Shown: positions 46,508-57,706, counted from the stretch's first letter. The stretch is 64,000 nt of DNA from Bdellovibrionales bacterium (GCA_041662785.1 JBAZRW010000002.1:14313-78312), one strand, 5' to 3'. Numbers and translations are program-made. The notes: generated by a model from the sequence alone, not told the origin.

Positions 46508-47749
46508 TCACCCCTTTTTCACAACCCCATGACGCTTCTTGCCGGCGCTTAGGCGGGCCGTTGAGTCTTGGATCAAATCGGTGGCTGAGATACTTGCCGT
46601 GACATCGCTGACAACCGCATCGTTCAAACGCACGCCGCCGCCTTCGACCAGACGCCGCGCCTCGCCCTTCGAAGCGGCAAAGCCAAGCCCCACCAGCGCG
46701 TCCACGACGCTGACGCTTTGATCCGCCATCGCATAGGTCGGCAGGTTCGCGCCGATACCGCCGCCCTCGAACGTCGCCTTGGCCGTTGCGGCAGCTTGCT
46801 CGGCGGCCTCGACCCCGTGGCATAACTTCGTCGTTTCAAAGGCAAGGATTTTCTTCGCTTCGTTGATTTCGGAATCCTTCAGCTGGCCAAGGCGTTCAAT
46901 TTCATCCAGTGGCAAGTCGGTGAAGATTTTCATAAAGCGCGTGACGTCGGCGTCCTCGGTATTGCGCCAGTACTGCCAGTAATCATAGGGGCTGAGGCGA
47001 TCCTCGTTCAGCCACACCGCGCCGCCGACGGTCTTACCCATTTTTTCGCCTGACGATGTCATCAGAAGAGGCGTCGTCAACGCAAAGAGATCAAGGTTGT
47101 TCATGCGACGTCCCAGCTCAACGCCGTTGATGATGTTGCCCCACTGATCCGATCCGCCCATTTGCAAGATGGCGCCATAGCGTTTGTGCAGCTCAACAAA
47201 GTCATAGCCCTGCATGATCATGTAGTTGAACTCAAGGAAGGTGAGCGGTTGCTCGCGCTCAAGACGCAGCTTGACCGAGTCAAAACTTAGCATGCGATTG
47301 ATAGTAAAGTGGCGGCCCACTTCGCGCAGGAAAGGCAGGTATTCCAGTTTGCCCAGCCATTCGTAATTGTTGACGAGTATCGCGTCTTTTTCGCCTTCGC
47401 CAAAGGTCAGGAATTTGGCAAAGCCCTTTTTGATGCCGACAATATTCTGGTTGATCTGATCGTCCGTCAGCATCGGGCGGCTTTCCGTTTTAAACGAAGG
47501 GTCGCCGACTTTGGTTGTGCCGCCGCCCACAAGTGCGATGGGCTTGTGTCCAGTTTGCTGCATCCGACGCAGCATCATGATCGACGCTAAATTGCCGATG
47601 TGCAGTGAGGTTGCCGTTGCGTCATAACCGATATAGCCCGTGATCACGCCCTTGCACGCGGCGGCGTCCAGCGCCTCAAGGTCAGAACATTGGTGGACAT
47701 GGCCACGCTCAATCATCAGGTTCAGAAAAGCGGATTTTACGGCTGTCAT
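46508..47749 (-). CDS. tyrS: Tyrosine--tRNA ligase.
   Basis: HIGH motif (HIGN), KMSKS motif (KMGKT), and a C-terminal S4 domain. Confidence 0.9.
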   Translation of the reverse strand: MTAVKSAFLNLMIERGHVHQCSDLEALDAAACKGVITGYIGYDATATSLHIGNLASIMMLRRMQQTGHKPIALVGGGTTKVGDPSFKTESRPMLTDDQINQNIVGIKKGFAKFLTFGEGEKDAILVNNYEWLGKLEYLPFLREVGRHFTINRMLSFDSVKLRLEREQPLTFLEFNYMIMQGYDFVELHKRYGAILQMGGSDQWGNIINGVELGRRMNNLDLFALTTPLLMTSSGEKMGKTVGGAVWLNEDRLSPYDYWQYWRNTEDADVTRFMKIFTDLPLDEIERLGQLKDSEINEAKKILAFETTKLCHGVEAAEQAAATAKATFEGGGIGANLPTYAMADQSVSVVDALVGLGFAASKGEARRLVEGGGVRLNDAVVSDVTASISATDLIQDSTARLSAGKKRHGVVKKG

Positions 47750-47850
47750 AGGGGTTCTCTTTTGCGTCTTGTGGTTCCAAAGAAGAAAAGGCAGATTAAA
47801 GCGTGTTTGCCCCGATGAAAAGGGTGGAAATATGATTTCTTAAGAAAAAC

Positions 47851-47940
47851 AAACGGGATCCCCGCTTTCGCGGGGATGACGGATAAGCTAAACATTCTAC
47901 AAACTCTGTCACTCCCGCGAAAGCGGGAGTCCCGTTTACT
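47851..47940. repeat. Family-A repeat, copy A7 (two hairpin units).
   Basis: AAACGGGATCCCCGCTTTCGCGGGGATGACGG ... GTCACTCCCGCGAAAGCGGGAGTCCCGTTT. Confidence 0.85.
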
Positions 47941-47956
47941 GTTAAAGGGAACCCTT

Positions 47957-49051
47957 ATGCTTGAAATCTATCGCGCCATCGGCCTTATGAGCGGCACATC
48001 GCTGGACGGGATTGATGTCGCCCTGATTGAAACGGACGGGCGCAGCCATGTCCGCCCTTTGGGGTTCCTTTTTTATCCATATGAAGCGGCGTTTCGTGAG
48101 TGGCTGCGGGCTTGTTTTGGCAAGCGGCAGGGGACGGCTGATCCCATGGTGCGCGAGGTCGAGGGCGAACTAACAACGCTTCATGCAAAGGCTGTTGCCG
48201 CTTTCTTGGCGCAAGAGGGGCTAAAGCCTGCCGATGTGAATCTAATCGGGTTTCATGGCCAGACGATTTGGCACAATCCGGCGGCGCGTGAGACGATCCA
48301 GATTGGCGATGGCGCTCTTTTGGCCAAGCTCACGGGCATCGATGTCGTGAATGATTTTCGCACAGCGGACGTGAAGGCGGGCGGGCAGGGTGCGCCGTTG
48401 GTTCCCTTGTATCATCGCGCCTTGGCGGCGGCGCTGCCTAAGCCTACGGCGATTATCAATATCGGCGGCGTGTCGAACATCACATGGATCGGCGGCGAAA
48501 GTGACGATGAGATTTTGGCCTTTGATCTGGGAACGGGCAACGCGCTGATCGATGATTGGATGCTGCGGCATACGGGGCAAAGCTATGATCAGGGCGGCGC
48601 AATGGCTGCGCAAGGCTGCGTGGATGAGGCTCATGTCGCCGCTTTTCTCTCCCATCCGTTCTTTGCACAAAAGCCACCGAAATCTTTGGATCGCGATGCG
48701 TTTGCGGCGTTTGTGCCAGAAGGCGTAAGCCCTGCCGATGGCGCGGCGACGCTCACCATGATGACGGTGGCCGCGATTGCCAAAGGGGTGGAAGCCTCAC
48801 CGCAAAAACCGTGCGAGGTTTATATCGCTGGCGGTGGTCGCCACAACGTGACGATGATGCGGTGGCTGGCGGAGCGAACGGGAGTACCCGTCAAATCCGT
48901 CGATGAACTGGGTTGGAATGGCGATTCACTTGAAGCCGAGGCGTTCGCCTATCTGGCTGTCCGTTCTCTTTTAGGACTACCGCTCAGTGTGCCAAACACG
49001 ACAGCTGTCCCCGCGCCGATGACGGGCGGGGTGTTGCATCACATGGATTAA
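47957..49051 (+). CDS. anmK: Anhydro-N-acetylmuramic acid kinase.
   Basis: N-terminus IGLMSGTSLDGIDVALIETDG matches the AnmK signature. Start assigned to MLEIYRA. Confidence 0.8.
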   Translation: MLEIYRAIGLMSGTSLDGIDVALIETDGRSHVRPLGFLFYPYEAAFREWLRACFGKRQGTADPMVREVEGELTTLHAKAVAAFLAQEGLKPADVNLIGFHGQTIWHNPAARETIQIGDGALLAKLTGIDVVNDFRTADVKAGGQGAPLVPLYHRALAAALPKPTAIINIGGVSNITWIGGESDDEILAFDLGTGNALIDDWMLRHTGQSYDQGGAMAAQGCVDEAHVAAFLSHPFFAQKPPKSLDRDAFAAFVPEGVSPADGAATLTMMTVAAIAKGVEASPQKPCEVYIAGGGRHNVTMMRWLAERTGVPVKSVDELGWNGDSLEAEAFAYLAVRSLLGLPLSVPNTTAVPAPMTGGVLHHMD

Positions 49052-49384
49052 CGAAGTGGATGCAAGAAGTATGACTTCCACCGTGTACCAAGGCTTGGTT
49101 GCTGTCTTCGCTCATTCTTTGAGGCGTCGTCCGCGGCTTGTGCTAGCGAGATAATCGCATAAACGGTAAGTGTTAGGGCCGTGGCCACACCCGTCATGAT
49201 ATTCGGGTTCACAATGGATTCAGCGGCCGAGATAAACGCACCGACAAGCATACCTCTTTTGAGATAGCGAGCGACGGCTATATCCTCGGGAGTGACTTCT
49301 GTCTTGTGTTGTCGTGTTGCTGTCATAATCTCTCTCCTTTCAAAAACGTGAAAACAATATCAAAAACTATAGTCTATAAAGGTT

Positions 49385-50056
49385 TTAGCTAGCCATTGCG
49401 ATTTGTGACGGCGCGGTGCGGAGAAGCGCGTTGTCGAGGTAATCTTCGACGTGCGTGGCCATCTCATCGATTTGCTGCGTGAAGAAATGTCCTGCTCCTG
49501 GTATCACGCGGTAATCCAGATGAATGCCGCGTTGGTGAGAAAGCTTGGCCACCAGCTTAGAGACAAAAGGTTCCGGCACGATATCGTCGGCTTCGCCATG
49601 AAGGATCAGGCCTGATGAAGGGCAGGGAGCCAAAAAGGTGAAATCCAGCATATTGGCGGGAGGTGCGACCGAGACAAAGGACTCAATCTCGGGGCGGCGC
49701 ATCAAAAGCTGCATCCCGATCCATGCGCCGAACGAAAAACCGGCGACCCACACGCTGCGGGCGTTGGGGTTGATGGATTGAACCCAATCAAGAGCCGAAG
49801 CGGCATCGCTCAATTCGCCTTCGCCGCGATCATAGGCTCCTTGGCTGCGTCCTACGCCGCGAAAGTTGAAGCGCAGGGTTGAGAAGTCGCGTTCGGCAAA
49901 GGCGTTAAAGAGCGAATAAACAACCTTATTATTCATCGTCCCGCCATGCTGAGGATGCGGATGAAGGATAAGCGCAACCGGAGCCGTCGGAGATTTTCCG
50001 GGCGTATAGCGACCTTCAAGACGACCCGCAGGCCCCGCAAATAAAACTTCAGGCAT
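49385..50056 (-). CDS. Alpha/beta-fold hydrolase.
   Basis: Nucleophile elbow GFSFGAW, catalytic Asp and His (GEADDIV, GAGHFF). Confidence 0.6.
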   Translation of the reverse strand: MPEVLFAGPAGRLEGRYTPGKSPTAPVALILHPHPQHGGTMNNKVVYSLFNAFAERDFSTLRFNFRGVGRSQGAYDRGEGELSDAASALDWVQSINPNARSVWVAGFSFGAWIGMQLLMRRPEIESFVSVAPPANMLDFTFLAPCPSSGLILHGEADDIVPEPFVSKLVAKLSHQRGIHLDYRVIPGAGHFFTQQIDEMATHVEDYLDNALLRTAPSQIAMAS

Positions 50057-50291
50057 GGCTCACCAATGTAAGTTGTTAATATCAAAAGAAGACCAAAGTA
50101 TGCACCGATTAAAGCGCTTGACCCATTCTTTCTATGGTGAGACCATAGCACAAGTGATAGGTGTAAATTCAAGCAAGTAATGCCATTTATTAATATTATT
50201 TTAAAATACACCCATTGTGGGGTTGAAAGACCTTGAAGTGATACCGATATAGTCCTATAACAGTCATGACGACTGAGAAAAGGGGGAGAGC

Positions 50292-50693
50292 ATGAGAATT
50301 AGCACAAAAGGACGGCATGCTGTTATGGCGATGGTTGACATTGCCCGTCACAGCGAGGAAAGGCCAGTTCCGTTGGCCGATGTAGCCCAAAGGCAACTGA
50401 TTTCACTCTCTTACCTTGAGCAGTTGGTCTCAAAACTGAAGAAAAACGCCCTTGTTAAGAGTATGCGCGGGCCAGGTGGGGGCTATGTCTTGGCCAGCGA
50501 TCCTGCGCTGATTTCCATTTATCAGATCGTGGCGGCGGTTGATACGCCTTCGCAAGCCGAAAGGCCTATGCCTCACGGGGAAGGGCAGACGGCGCGCAAG
50601 TTGACGGATGCCTTGTGGCACAGGGTGGGGGAAGAGGTTCAAAAGTACCTTAAAGCCGTGACCTTGGCCGAAGTGGTTCATAGAAAAAGCTAG
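50292..50693 (+). CDS. Rrf2-family transcriptional regulator (IscR-like, without the full Cys triad).
   Basis: N-terminal HTH MRISTKGRHAVMAMVDIA...LSYLEQLVSKLKKNALVKSMRGPGGGYVL. Confidence 0.85.
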   Translation: MRISTKGRHAVMAMVDIARHSEERPVPLADVAQRQLISLSYLEQLVSKLKKNALVKSMRGPGGGYVLASDPALISIYQIVAAVDTPSQAERPMPHGEGQTARKLTDALWHRVGEEVQKYLKAVTLAEVVHRKS

Positions 50694-50779
50694 AGAAGCT
50701 AAAACTTCTAAATTCCTCACACAGAAAGGCGCGATTCGGGTTATACTGAATCTCGTCTTTCTTTCGTTGAGGAATCTCT

Positions 50780-51448
50780 ATGGACAATGTTATCGAGTTT
50801 AACGAGTTTACTGTTTCAGCCAATTGTTCAAATGGAGAGGCGTGCTGTTGGCTTTGTCAGAAAGGCACCTCGCTTCGCGCTCTTTTTTGCCAGTATTGTG
50901 GCACAATCCAGCCTGTCCGCGCCTTGGATTATTTTTCGCGCCTTGGGCTAGAGCGGCGCATTGACGTCGATTCCGATCTTCTTGAGCGTCAGTACGCTGC
51001 TTATAAGCGCGCCCTTGAGCCCGAGCGTTTCGTTTTGCGGGGCATGGGGGAGCGTGGGCATGCCGCCAAGCAGTTGGAGGCGATGGAGGAGGCCTATCAG
51101 ACCTTGCGCGAGCCTTTGCGGCGTGGGCGTTATTGGCTGGCTCTTCATGAAAAAGAAATGGCTGAAGCCGACGCGGCAAACCCGATGGTTGCGGAATTGC
51201 GCCGTGATCTGAATGAGGCGGGGCAGGCCTCTCAATGCGACCGCATCGCGCAAAAAGCGGGGAACGCGATGGAGCAGGGCGTCGTGAGTTTAATGCAGGC
51301 CTTGCGCAGCCAGAACTGGCCGCTAGCGAACGCCATCTTATTCGAGGTTGATGGGCTTGAATCTATTTTGAAAGATGTGCGTGATCGTCGCACCGTTCTT
51401 GCGCCCCATATGGGGGTCAATGCTGACGATCTGGCCAGCGTAAAGTGA
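50780..51448 (+). CDS. hscB: Fe-S cluster co-chaperone HscB (J-type), with an N-terminal CxxC...CxxC zinc finger.
   Basis: DYF..LGL...D...L...Y..L....HPD J-domain signature plus an HscB C-terminal helical domain. Four Cys at the N-terminus. Confidence 0.6.
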   Translation: MDNVIEFNEFTVSANCSNGEACCWLCQKGTSLRALFCQYCGTIQPVRALDYFSRLGLERRIDVDSDLLERQYAAYKRALEPERFVLRGMGERGHAAKQLEAMEEAYQTLREPLRRGRYWLALHEKEMAEADAANPMVAELRRDLNEAGQASQCDRIAQKAGNAMEQGVVSLMQALRSQNWPLANAILFEVDGLESILKDVRDRRTVLAPHMGVNADDLASVK

Positions 51449-51471
51449 AAATCTATAAACCTAGACAAAAA

Positions 51472-52560
51472 CTAAGGTGAGGGGGCGTGGGCTTCTTGCC
51501 AATTTGTCACCATATGGTGGACTTGGCGGCCCGAATTTTTGTCGAGAAGATCCTCAAGAACAATTTGTCCTTTAGCCATTGCCTCGTGCAAGGTCTCCCA
51601 GCCTTTCTTTAACACGATGACATGGGGGTTTGTATACATTCTTGGATGCTTCTCTATGAAATGTGCATGGCCCAAGCGGTGTTCGCGCAGATGGTCGTTG
51701 ACCAAAAGCTTATTCGGCGACATGCGGGCCCCTACCTCTTGATAGGCGAAGTAGCCGAGGCGATAACCATGAGGCCCTTTGATGCAGCTATAATCCGTCG
51801 CGCTTTCGCCGACATAGAGCATTTCGTCCGCGGCAACATCAAACATCCGCAGCATTGTTGTTACCTGCTCAAAACTTTTTTTGCCAATATAAGGGACAAC
51901 TTTTTCGGCAAAGGCGATGGCGCGTGGATCGGTTAGGTTTTTCCGCCACGGTAGATTGAATCCTTCTTCATCGTCGGTTCTGGCAAAAATCAAAGAGACG
52001 TGATCGGGATTCAGTTCGGTAGAGCGAGTCAGGCGGCGCACAGCCGACTCGGCCTTGGTGGCCGTATGAATGATAAAGCCTGTTCCGTTGGTGTTGGCGT
52101 CATCCATGACGCGCGTTGCGCCGCTGTAGGCTTTGAATGAATCATGAGCCATCGCGAGGCCCTGTTCCAGCATCGAGTCGATATGGACTTTTGTTCCATT
52201 GCGCGGCGTGCCGCCCTCTATTCTGCCTGCTTCGCCTTCGGCTTTGACAAGCAGGTTGACGATTTGTGGCAAAGCTTCATCGGGCGCATGCAAAATATCC
52301 GGCATCTGAATTTGGCCGCGAATACGATCCGTATAATGCTTGATGGCATCGTTAGGTCTTTTTACACACTTGCCAAGCTCTTGCATGATGTGATGCAGGC
52401 CTTCAAGAGTCCTGTAGGTTTCAACGAGAGTGCCATCAAGATCGGAAACAATAAGCCGTACGCGCCAACAGCGCTCGGTCGTTATTGAAGGATCAATCGT
52501 CACGGGTTGCAGTGAAAACCTTGTGTGATTGCCTTCGTCAACTGATGGGACTGATAACAT
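51472..52560 (-). CDS. HAD-like hydrolase-domain protein, hypothetical, in lower-GC DNA.
   Basis: HAD motif I (IVSDLDGTLVE) with a later GESATD-like motif IV. The rest is unrecognised. Confidence 0.45.
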   Translation of the reverse strand: MLSVPSVDEGNHTRFSLQPVTIDPSITTERCWRVRLIVSDLDGTLVETYRTLEGLHHIMQELGKCVKRPNDAIKHYTDRIRGQIQMPDILHAPDEALPQIVNLLVKAEGEAGRIEGGTPRNGTKVHIDSMLEQGLAMAHDSFKAYSGATRVMDDANTNGTGFIIHTATKAESAVRRLTRSTELNPDHVSLIFARTDDEEGFNLPWRKNLTDPRAIAFAEKVVPYIGKKSFEQVTTMLRMFDVAADEMLYVGESATDYSCIKGPHGYRLGYFAYQEVGARMSPNKLLVNDHLREHRLGHAHFIEKHPRMYTNPHVIVLKKGWETLHEAMAKGQIVLEDLLDKNSGRQVHHMVTNWQEAHAPSP

Positions 52561-52874
52561 GGGAGGAGGGGATCCGTGTTGGCGTTGGTTTGTGGTTAAT
52601 GATGATGGCCGAATATGGCCTTATAAAAAACAAATTGTCAAAAACTTTCATGCTTATTTTGAATAACTTATCTCGCAACTGCGAAGGAAAAGCGGGGGCT
52701 TGACCGACGTAGAGAACTCTTCGCAGTTGCACAAAAACATAAAGGGGGCTGGTTGAGTTTTAAATTGTGGATGGACTTGTGCAGAAGGCGTGTGATAGGA
52801 GAAAACGTCGTTAAAAAGCCTAATGTAGGCTCTTCGCCTTTTCCTTATCTTGATCAAAGCAGGAGAAACCTTTC

Positions 52875-54206
52875 ATGGAAGACAATTCATTTTTACGGTT
52901 CATGGGCAAGCCCGATGGTGAGCTTCTTAATCCGTCCGTTTTGCCTATTCGCGTCTTGTGGTTCGAACAAAGGCATCGTTATTACGAGTATCTTAACAAT
53001 CCAACTACAGAAAATCTGGAAAAGGTTTTTGGCATTTTCGGCAAACCCGACAATATCGAAAGTTTGCGCCTTGATCAGGGCGCAGAAGTTCCTTTTGCTG
53101 GTGACATGTTTTTCAAAACGACCTTTGGTCGGAACGTCAGCATAGGCACTGAGGCTCTCTTTTTATCACACGCAGGTGTGCATCTTGGTGACGGAGCCAT
53201 TGTTGGTCAAAAGGCACGTCTTGTGACTTTGGGACATCCAACCCATCCCTCACAGCGGCACCTACACAAGATTGGGCCTATTCGTCTTGACACAGGTGCG
53301 ATGTTGAGCGCGAACGCGATCATCATTAATGGAGGCCGTGCGGATCCCGTTGTGATCGGCGAAGGGTCTATTGTTCTCCCTTATGCGATTATATCCAAGA
53401 ATGTTCCGCCCTATAGCCTTGTCACAGGCACGAATGAAATTCTTTTGCAGGGCAAGCAGTTCTTCCGGCCTCTTGATCCGATGAAGACTCATGAACAGCT
53501 CAGCCTTAAGAGCCGCCTGACCCCCGAAGGATTGGACAAGCTGGCCTCGGCGAGGGAGATTCTTTGCGGTCTGGACGACCTCCTGTCCAAAACGACGGAT
53601 GCTACCTATACCGCTAAAACAAACATCTACAAGGAAACGGGAATCGCTTTGACCAGCCTGAAGAGCGATTTCTTCAGCGCGACCCCTCCGGCGATTCTTG
53701 CCTCTTGCCTCATTCCTTCCCCTGTTTATGTTACGGGAACAATTCCCGTTCTTAAGGAAAGGATGACCGTTAATCAGGGCTGTCGCTTTACGATTGATGA
53801 GGGCTCAAGCATTGAGTTTTCGGAAACAGTTTTGTTGGCGCCTTGGGTTGATTTGAAGGCCAAGAACAAAGGTACAATCCATTTCGAGCCAAGTGTTTGG
53901 GTCGGTGTGGGTTGTCGCATTATTGCCGATGCCAAAAAGATTACAATTGGACAGGGCTCTGTTATAGCCTCTGGGGCTCTTATCACGGGCGACGTTCCGC
54001 CTTGGAGCATTGTGACGAATGGCGGAAAAGTTCTGAAAGCCATGACCGAGGCTGACATCATCCCTCTACCGCCAATGTGGCGCGACTGGGATGCCTATGC
54101 CAAGGCTTTTGCGGATAACACCAAGACCGCTAGAGACATGCCTTCGCCTGAAAGGATGGAGCTGCTGCAAAAAGCCTTACAAGCAACGCAACCACTTAAT
54201 GGCTAA
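52875..54206 (+). CDS. Protein with two left-handed beta-helix (hexapeptide-repeat) acyltransferase domains, hypothetical, in lower-GC DNA.
   Basis: N-terminal maltose/sugar O-acetyltransferase-like hexapeptide region (GRNVSIGTEALFL..GDGAIVGQKARL...GAMLSANAIII...IGEGSIVLPYAII) and a second region (VWVGVGCRIIADAKKITIGQGSVIASGALITGDVPPWSIV). Confidence 0.5.
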   Translation: MEDNSFLRFMGKPDGELLNPSVLPIRVLWFEQRHRYYEYLNNPTTENLEKVFGIFGKPDNIESLRLDQGAEVPFAGDMFFKTTFGRNVSIGTEALFLSHAGVHLGDGAIVGQKARLVTLGHPTHPSQRHLHKIGPIRLDTGAMLSANAIIINGGRADPVVIGEGSIVLPYAIISKNVPPYSLVTGTNEILLQGKQFFRPLDPMKTHEQLSLKSRLTPEGLDKLASAREILCGLDDLLSKTTDATYTAKTNIYKETGIALTSLKSDFFSATPPAILASCLIPSPVYVTGTIPVLKERMTVNQGCRFTIDEGSSIEFSETVLLAPWVDLKAKNKGTIHFEPSVWVGVGCRIIADAKKITIGQGSVIASGALITGDVPPWSIVTNGGKVLKAMTEADIIPLPPMWRDWDAYAKAFADNTKTARDMPSPERMELLQKALQATQPLNG

Positions 54207-54246
54207 AGAAAACAATCTTCCTTCACCCCTTATCAGCGTGGACATC

Positions 54247-55521
54247 ATGACACAAAATCCTCACGATTTTCTTATTGGTCTTTATAAGGCGGGTCTAAGC
54301 GCCGCGATGCCAAGCCAGTGCGTGCCGGCGAACCTGCCTGCGCCGCCCAAGGGGCGGACGATTGTTGTCGGCGCGGGCAAGGCGGCGGCCTCGATGAGCA
54401 AGGCGGTGGAGGAACATTACAAAGGCAAGATTGATGCGGGTCTGGTTGTTACGCGCTATCTGCATGGGCTTCCGCTTAAGACGATTGAGGTTGTTGAGGC
54501 GGGTCATCCCAACCCCGATGATGCGGGGCGCAAGGCCGCGCAGCGCATCCTTGATCTGGCGGGAACGCTTACGCCGGACGATATGCTGCTTTGTCTAATT
54601 TCTGGCGGTGGTACGGCGCTGTTGACGTTGCCGGCGGCGGGGCTAGAGATGCCCGACATTAGAGCTGTGAACGATGCATTGCTCAAGTCGGGTGCGACGA
54701 TCAATGAGTTTAATTGCGTTCGCAAGCATCTCTCGGCTATTTCGGGCGGACGTCTTGCTCGCGCGGCAAAAGGTGCCAAGGTTGTCTCGCTGATTATCTC
54801 GGACGTATCTGGCGATGATCTTTCGGTGATTGCTTCCGGCCCCACCGTTGGTGACGTGACGACGTTTGCCGATGCGCGGGATATTCTGCGTCGCTATGGC
54901 ATCACGCCACCGCCCGCGATTGCTGCGTATTTGGAAGAAGCGCGAGAGGAAACCGTTAAGCCTGATGATGCGTGCCTCAAGAATGTTGAGAACATCTTGA
55001 TTGCAACCTCACAAGACGCGGTAGAAGCGGCGGCGGCCTATGCGCGGGAGCAAGGCGTCACACCCTATATCCTTGGCAACGCGATTGAGGGCGAGGCCAA
55101 GGACGTGGCGCTTGTCATGGCGGGGATCGCCAAGCAAGTCGCGCTCCATGACCAGCCGTTTGCGGCCCCTTGCGTGTTCATTTCGGGCGGCGAGACGACC
55201 GTGACGGTCAAGGGAAAAGGCAAGGGTGGACGCAACAGCGAGCTGTTGATCCATATGGCGATGGCGATGCAAGGCAACCCGCGCGTTCACGCGATCTCAT
55301 GTGGCTCGGACGGCTCGGACGGAACCGAAAATAACGCAGGCGCGATCTTGCATCCTGATACGCTGGCCAAGGCAGCGGCAGCAGGTGCGGCCAAGCCCGT
55401 CACCTATGCCGACAACAATGATTCCTATAGCTTCTTTAAGCTGTGCGATGGGATTGTTGAAACGGGCCCGACGCTCACCAACGTCAACGATATCCGTGCG
55501 GTTTACGTCACGGGGAAGTAA
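54247..55521 (+). CDS. Glycerate 2-kinase (MOFRL family, GckA/TtuD).
   Basis: Family blocks (VVGAGKAAASM, LISGGGTALL, RKHLSAISGGRLA, ISDVSGDDLSVIASGPT, GGETTVTVKGKGKGGRNSE). Start assigned to MTQNPHDF after the upstream stop. Confidence 0.75.
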   Translation: MTQNPHDFLIGLYKAGLSAAMPSQCVPANLPAPPKGRTIVVGAGKAAASMSKAVEEHYKGKIDAGLVVTRYLHGLPLKTIEVVEAGHPNPDDAGRKAAQRILDLAGTLTPDDMLLCLISGGGTALLTLPAAGLEMPDIRAVNDALLKSGATINEFNCVRKHLSAISGGRLARAAKGAKVVSLIISDVSGDDLSVIASGPTVGDVTTFADARDILRRYGITPPPAIAAYLEEAREETVKPDDACLKNVENILIATSQDAVEAAAAYAREQGVTPYILGNAIEGEAKDVALVMAGIAKQVALHDQPFAAPCVFISGGETTVTVKGKGKGGRNSELLIHMAMAMQGNPRVHAISCGSDGSDGTENNAGAILHPDTLAKAAAAGAAKPVTYADNNDSYSFFKLCDGIVETGPTLTNVNDIRAVYVTGK

Positions 55522-55548
55522 AGCCGATTTTGTACCGGTAGAAAAAGA

Positions 55549-55584
55549 GAGCGCGCCAAGGAAAACCTTGGCGCGTTTCTTTTG
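55549..55584 (+). terminator. Rho-independent terminator after the glycerate kinase gene.
   Basis: GAGCGCGCCAAGGAAAACCTTGGCGCGTTTCTTTTG. Confidence 0.75.
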
Positions 55585-55680
55585 TCTTAACCATAGTCTT
55601 TTGTTGATTCCGCTCTATCCGATCCTGTAAAAAAGGCCTTCTATTAAAAAATCAAACGTCATTCTTTGAAGGGATCGGTT

Positions 55681-56373
55681 ATGAAAGTCATTAAGGATTT
55701 TACAGATTTGTATCTTGAATTATGCAACAAGCCTCGTGCCGGATGGGTGGCTCGTCAAGTGAAGCAGCCAGAGACGGTTTGGCAGCATACAGAGCGCGTC
55801 ACCTTTTTATCAGAAGAATACGCGCCACAGTATCTTGGAAAAAAGAGCGTCTTTCATTGTAAAATGTTGGGACTATCCCATGATTTGCCGGAAGGCATTA
55901 TGCATGACATCACCCCGCATGATAGGGTTACAAAAAAGCAAAAACAGGATTTGGAATTCCTTGTTATCGATCATATTGGAATGATGCCTTACAAAGAAGG
56001 GGATATTTTCAATGGTGCGGTGATGCGGGAGTATTTCTTGGAGTACGAGGCGCAGGAAACGCCTGCTGCCAAGTTCGTTGGCAAGATTGACAAGCTTCAG
56101 ATGGGGGTTGAAGCGCTCAATATCGAGTTGACCAACCGTTGCGCCTATAGCCTTCAGCCTTTCTGGGATTATATTGAAAAACATCTTCAAGATTCCCCCC
56201 TTATGGAGGTTTTCGTTAATTTGAAAACAAGACGTCCAGCCTCTGCTTATCTTAAGCCTGAGATTGCAGTTCCGCCTAAGCCCCCCGGTTTTTTTGAGCA
56301 GATACAGCAAGAAGTTTTGATAAAAATGGGGCGGCTGCCTATTCCTAAGGAATACCCTACACTGCGGCGCTGA
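55681..56373 (+). CDS. HD-domain phosphohydrolase (YfbR-like 5'-deoxynucleotidase family).
   Basis: WQHTERV...[15 protein letters not shown] fits the H...HD...D pattern. Start assigned to ATG MKVIKDF with a GAAGGGA ribosome-binding site. Lower GC. Confidence 0.6.
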   Translation: MKVIKDFTDLYLELCNKPRAGWVARQVKQPETVWQHTERVTFLSEEYAPQYLGKKSVFHCKMLGLSHDLPEGIMHDITPHDRVTKKQKQDLEFLVIDHIGMMPYKEGDIFNGAVMREYFLEYEAQETPAAKFVGKIDKLQMGVEALNIELTNRCAYSLQPFWDYIEKHLQDSPLMEVFVNLKTRRPASAYLKPEIAVPPKPPGFFEQIQQEVLIKMGRLPIPKEYPTLRR

Positions 56374-57697
56374 TGGACGGCAGCCACGCGCCGAAATCTT
56401 CTTTGGCGCGGGTGGCATAGGCTTTTTTGCGCTCGCGCTTGCCTTTGACCGTTGTAATCGGCGGGAAGAGGCTAAACGTCACATTCATCGGCTGAAACGT
56501 GTCGGCATTGGCTTGCCCCGTGACGTGGGCGAGCAGCGCGCCCATCGCCGTGGTGCGCGGCGGCGGCGTGAGGGGTTGGCCCAAGGATTCCTGTGCGATG
56601 AGAAGACCCGCCACAAAGCCCATCGCGGCGGATTCGACATAACCCTCAACGCCCATGACTTGCCCTGCAAAGCGAATATGCGGGAGGGACTTCAGCCGAA
56701 GCGCGTGGTCAAGAAGGCGCGGGCTGTTGATAAACGTGTTGCGATGAATGCCGCCTAAACGGGCGAAAACAGCGTTTTTAAGCGCCGGAATTAGACGGAA
56801 AACGCGCTTTTGGTCGCCATATTTCATCTTGGTTTGAAAGCCGACGATATTCCACAGCGTGCCATCCACGTTATCCTGCCGCAGTTGCAAAATCGCATGG
56901 GATTTTTTGTCCGGTGCATGGGGATTGGTGAGCCCCACGGGCTTCATGGGGCCATAGCGCAGCGTGTCAATCCCGCGTGAGGCCATGACTTCGATAGGAA
57001 GGCAGCCTTCGAAATAGGGCGTGTTCTTTTCCCATTCTTTGAACGCCACGGTTTCGGCGGCCAGCAGCGCAGCGATAAAGGCTTCGTAACCGTCCTTATC
57101 AAGGGCGCAGTTGATATAGTCGCTGCCATCGCCTTTGTCATAGCGTGATTGCATCCACGCTTCGTTCATGTCGATGCTCTCGCGCTCGACAATCGGCGCA
57201 ATCGCATCAAAGAAGTGAAGGGATTCCTCGCCCGTTATCGTCCGGATACTCTGCGCCAGTGCATCTGAGGTCAGGGGGCCAGAGGCAACCAGCACAGACA
57301 TTTGCGCGTCATCAAGGGGCAGGGCGGTGATCTCGCCGCGCTTGATGGTGATCAGTGGGTGAGCCTCTAGCGCCGCCGTCACGTCCGCTGCGAACAGGTC
57401 GCGATCAACGGCGAGCGCGCCGCCAGCGGGAAGCTTATGCTTATCCGCCATCGACAGGATCAATGAGCCGCCGCGCCGCATCTCGTCATGCAAAAGGCCA
57501 ACGGCATTATAATCGCTGTCATCCGAACGCAAGGAGTTGGAGCAGACAAGCTCCGCCAGCTGATCCGAGTGGTGGGCAGGCGTGGCCTTATTGGGGCGCA
57601 TTTCATGGAGGATAACGGGCAGGCCGCGCTGCGCGATCTGCCACGCTGCTTCACTGCCCGCAAGGCCGCCGCCAATGATGAGGATAGGGGCCGACAC
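56357..57697 (-). CDS. trmFO: Methylenetetrahydrofolate--tRNA-(uracil54-C5)-methyltransferase TrmFO.
   Basis: FAD-binding N-terminus [18 protein letters not shown] and Gid/TrmFO-family conservation. Length 446 aa. Confidence 0.85.
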   Translation of the reverse strand: MSAPILIIGGGLAGSEAAWQIAQRGLPVILHEMRPNKATPAHHSDQLAELVCSNSLRSDDSDYNAVGLLHDEMRRGGSLILSMADKHKLPAGGALAVDRDLFAADVTAALEAHPLITIKRGEITALPLDDAQMSVLVASGPLTSDALAQSIRTITGEESLHFFDAIAPIVERESIDMNEAWMQSRYDKGDGSDYINCALDKDGYEAFIAALLAAETVAFKEWEKNTPYFEGCLPIEVMASRGIDTLRYGPMKPVGLTNPHAPDKKSHAILQLRQDNVDGTLWNIVGFQTKMKYGDQKRVFRLIPALKNAVFARLGGIHRNTFINSPRLLDHALRLKSLPHIRFAGQVMGVEGYVESAAMGFVAGLLIAQESLGQPLTPPPRTTAMGALLAHVTGQANADTFQPMNVTFSLFPPITTVKGKRERKKAYATRAKEDFGAWLPSISAAV

Positions 57698-57706
57698 GAA
57701 GGGGAC

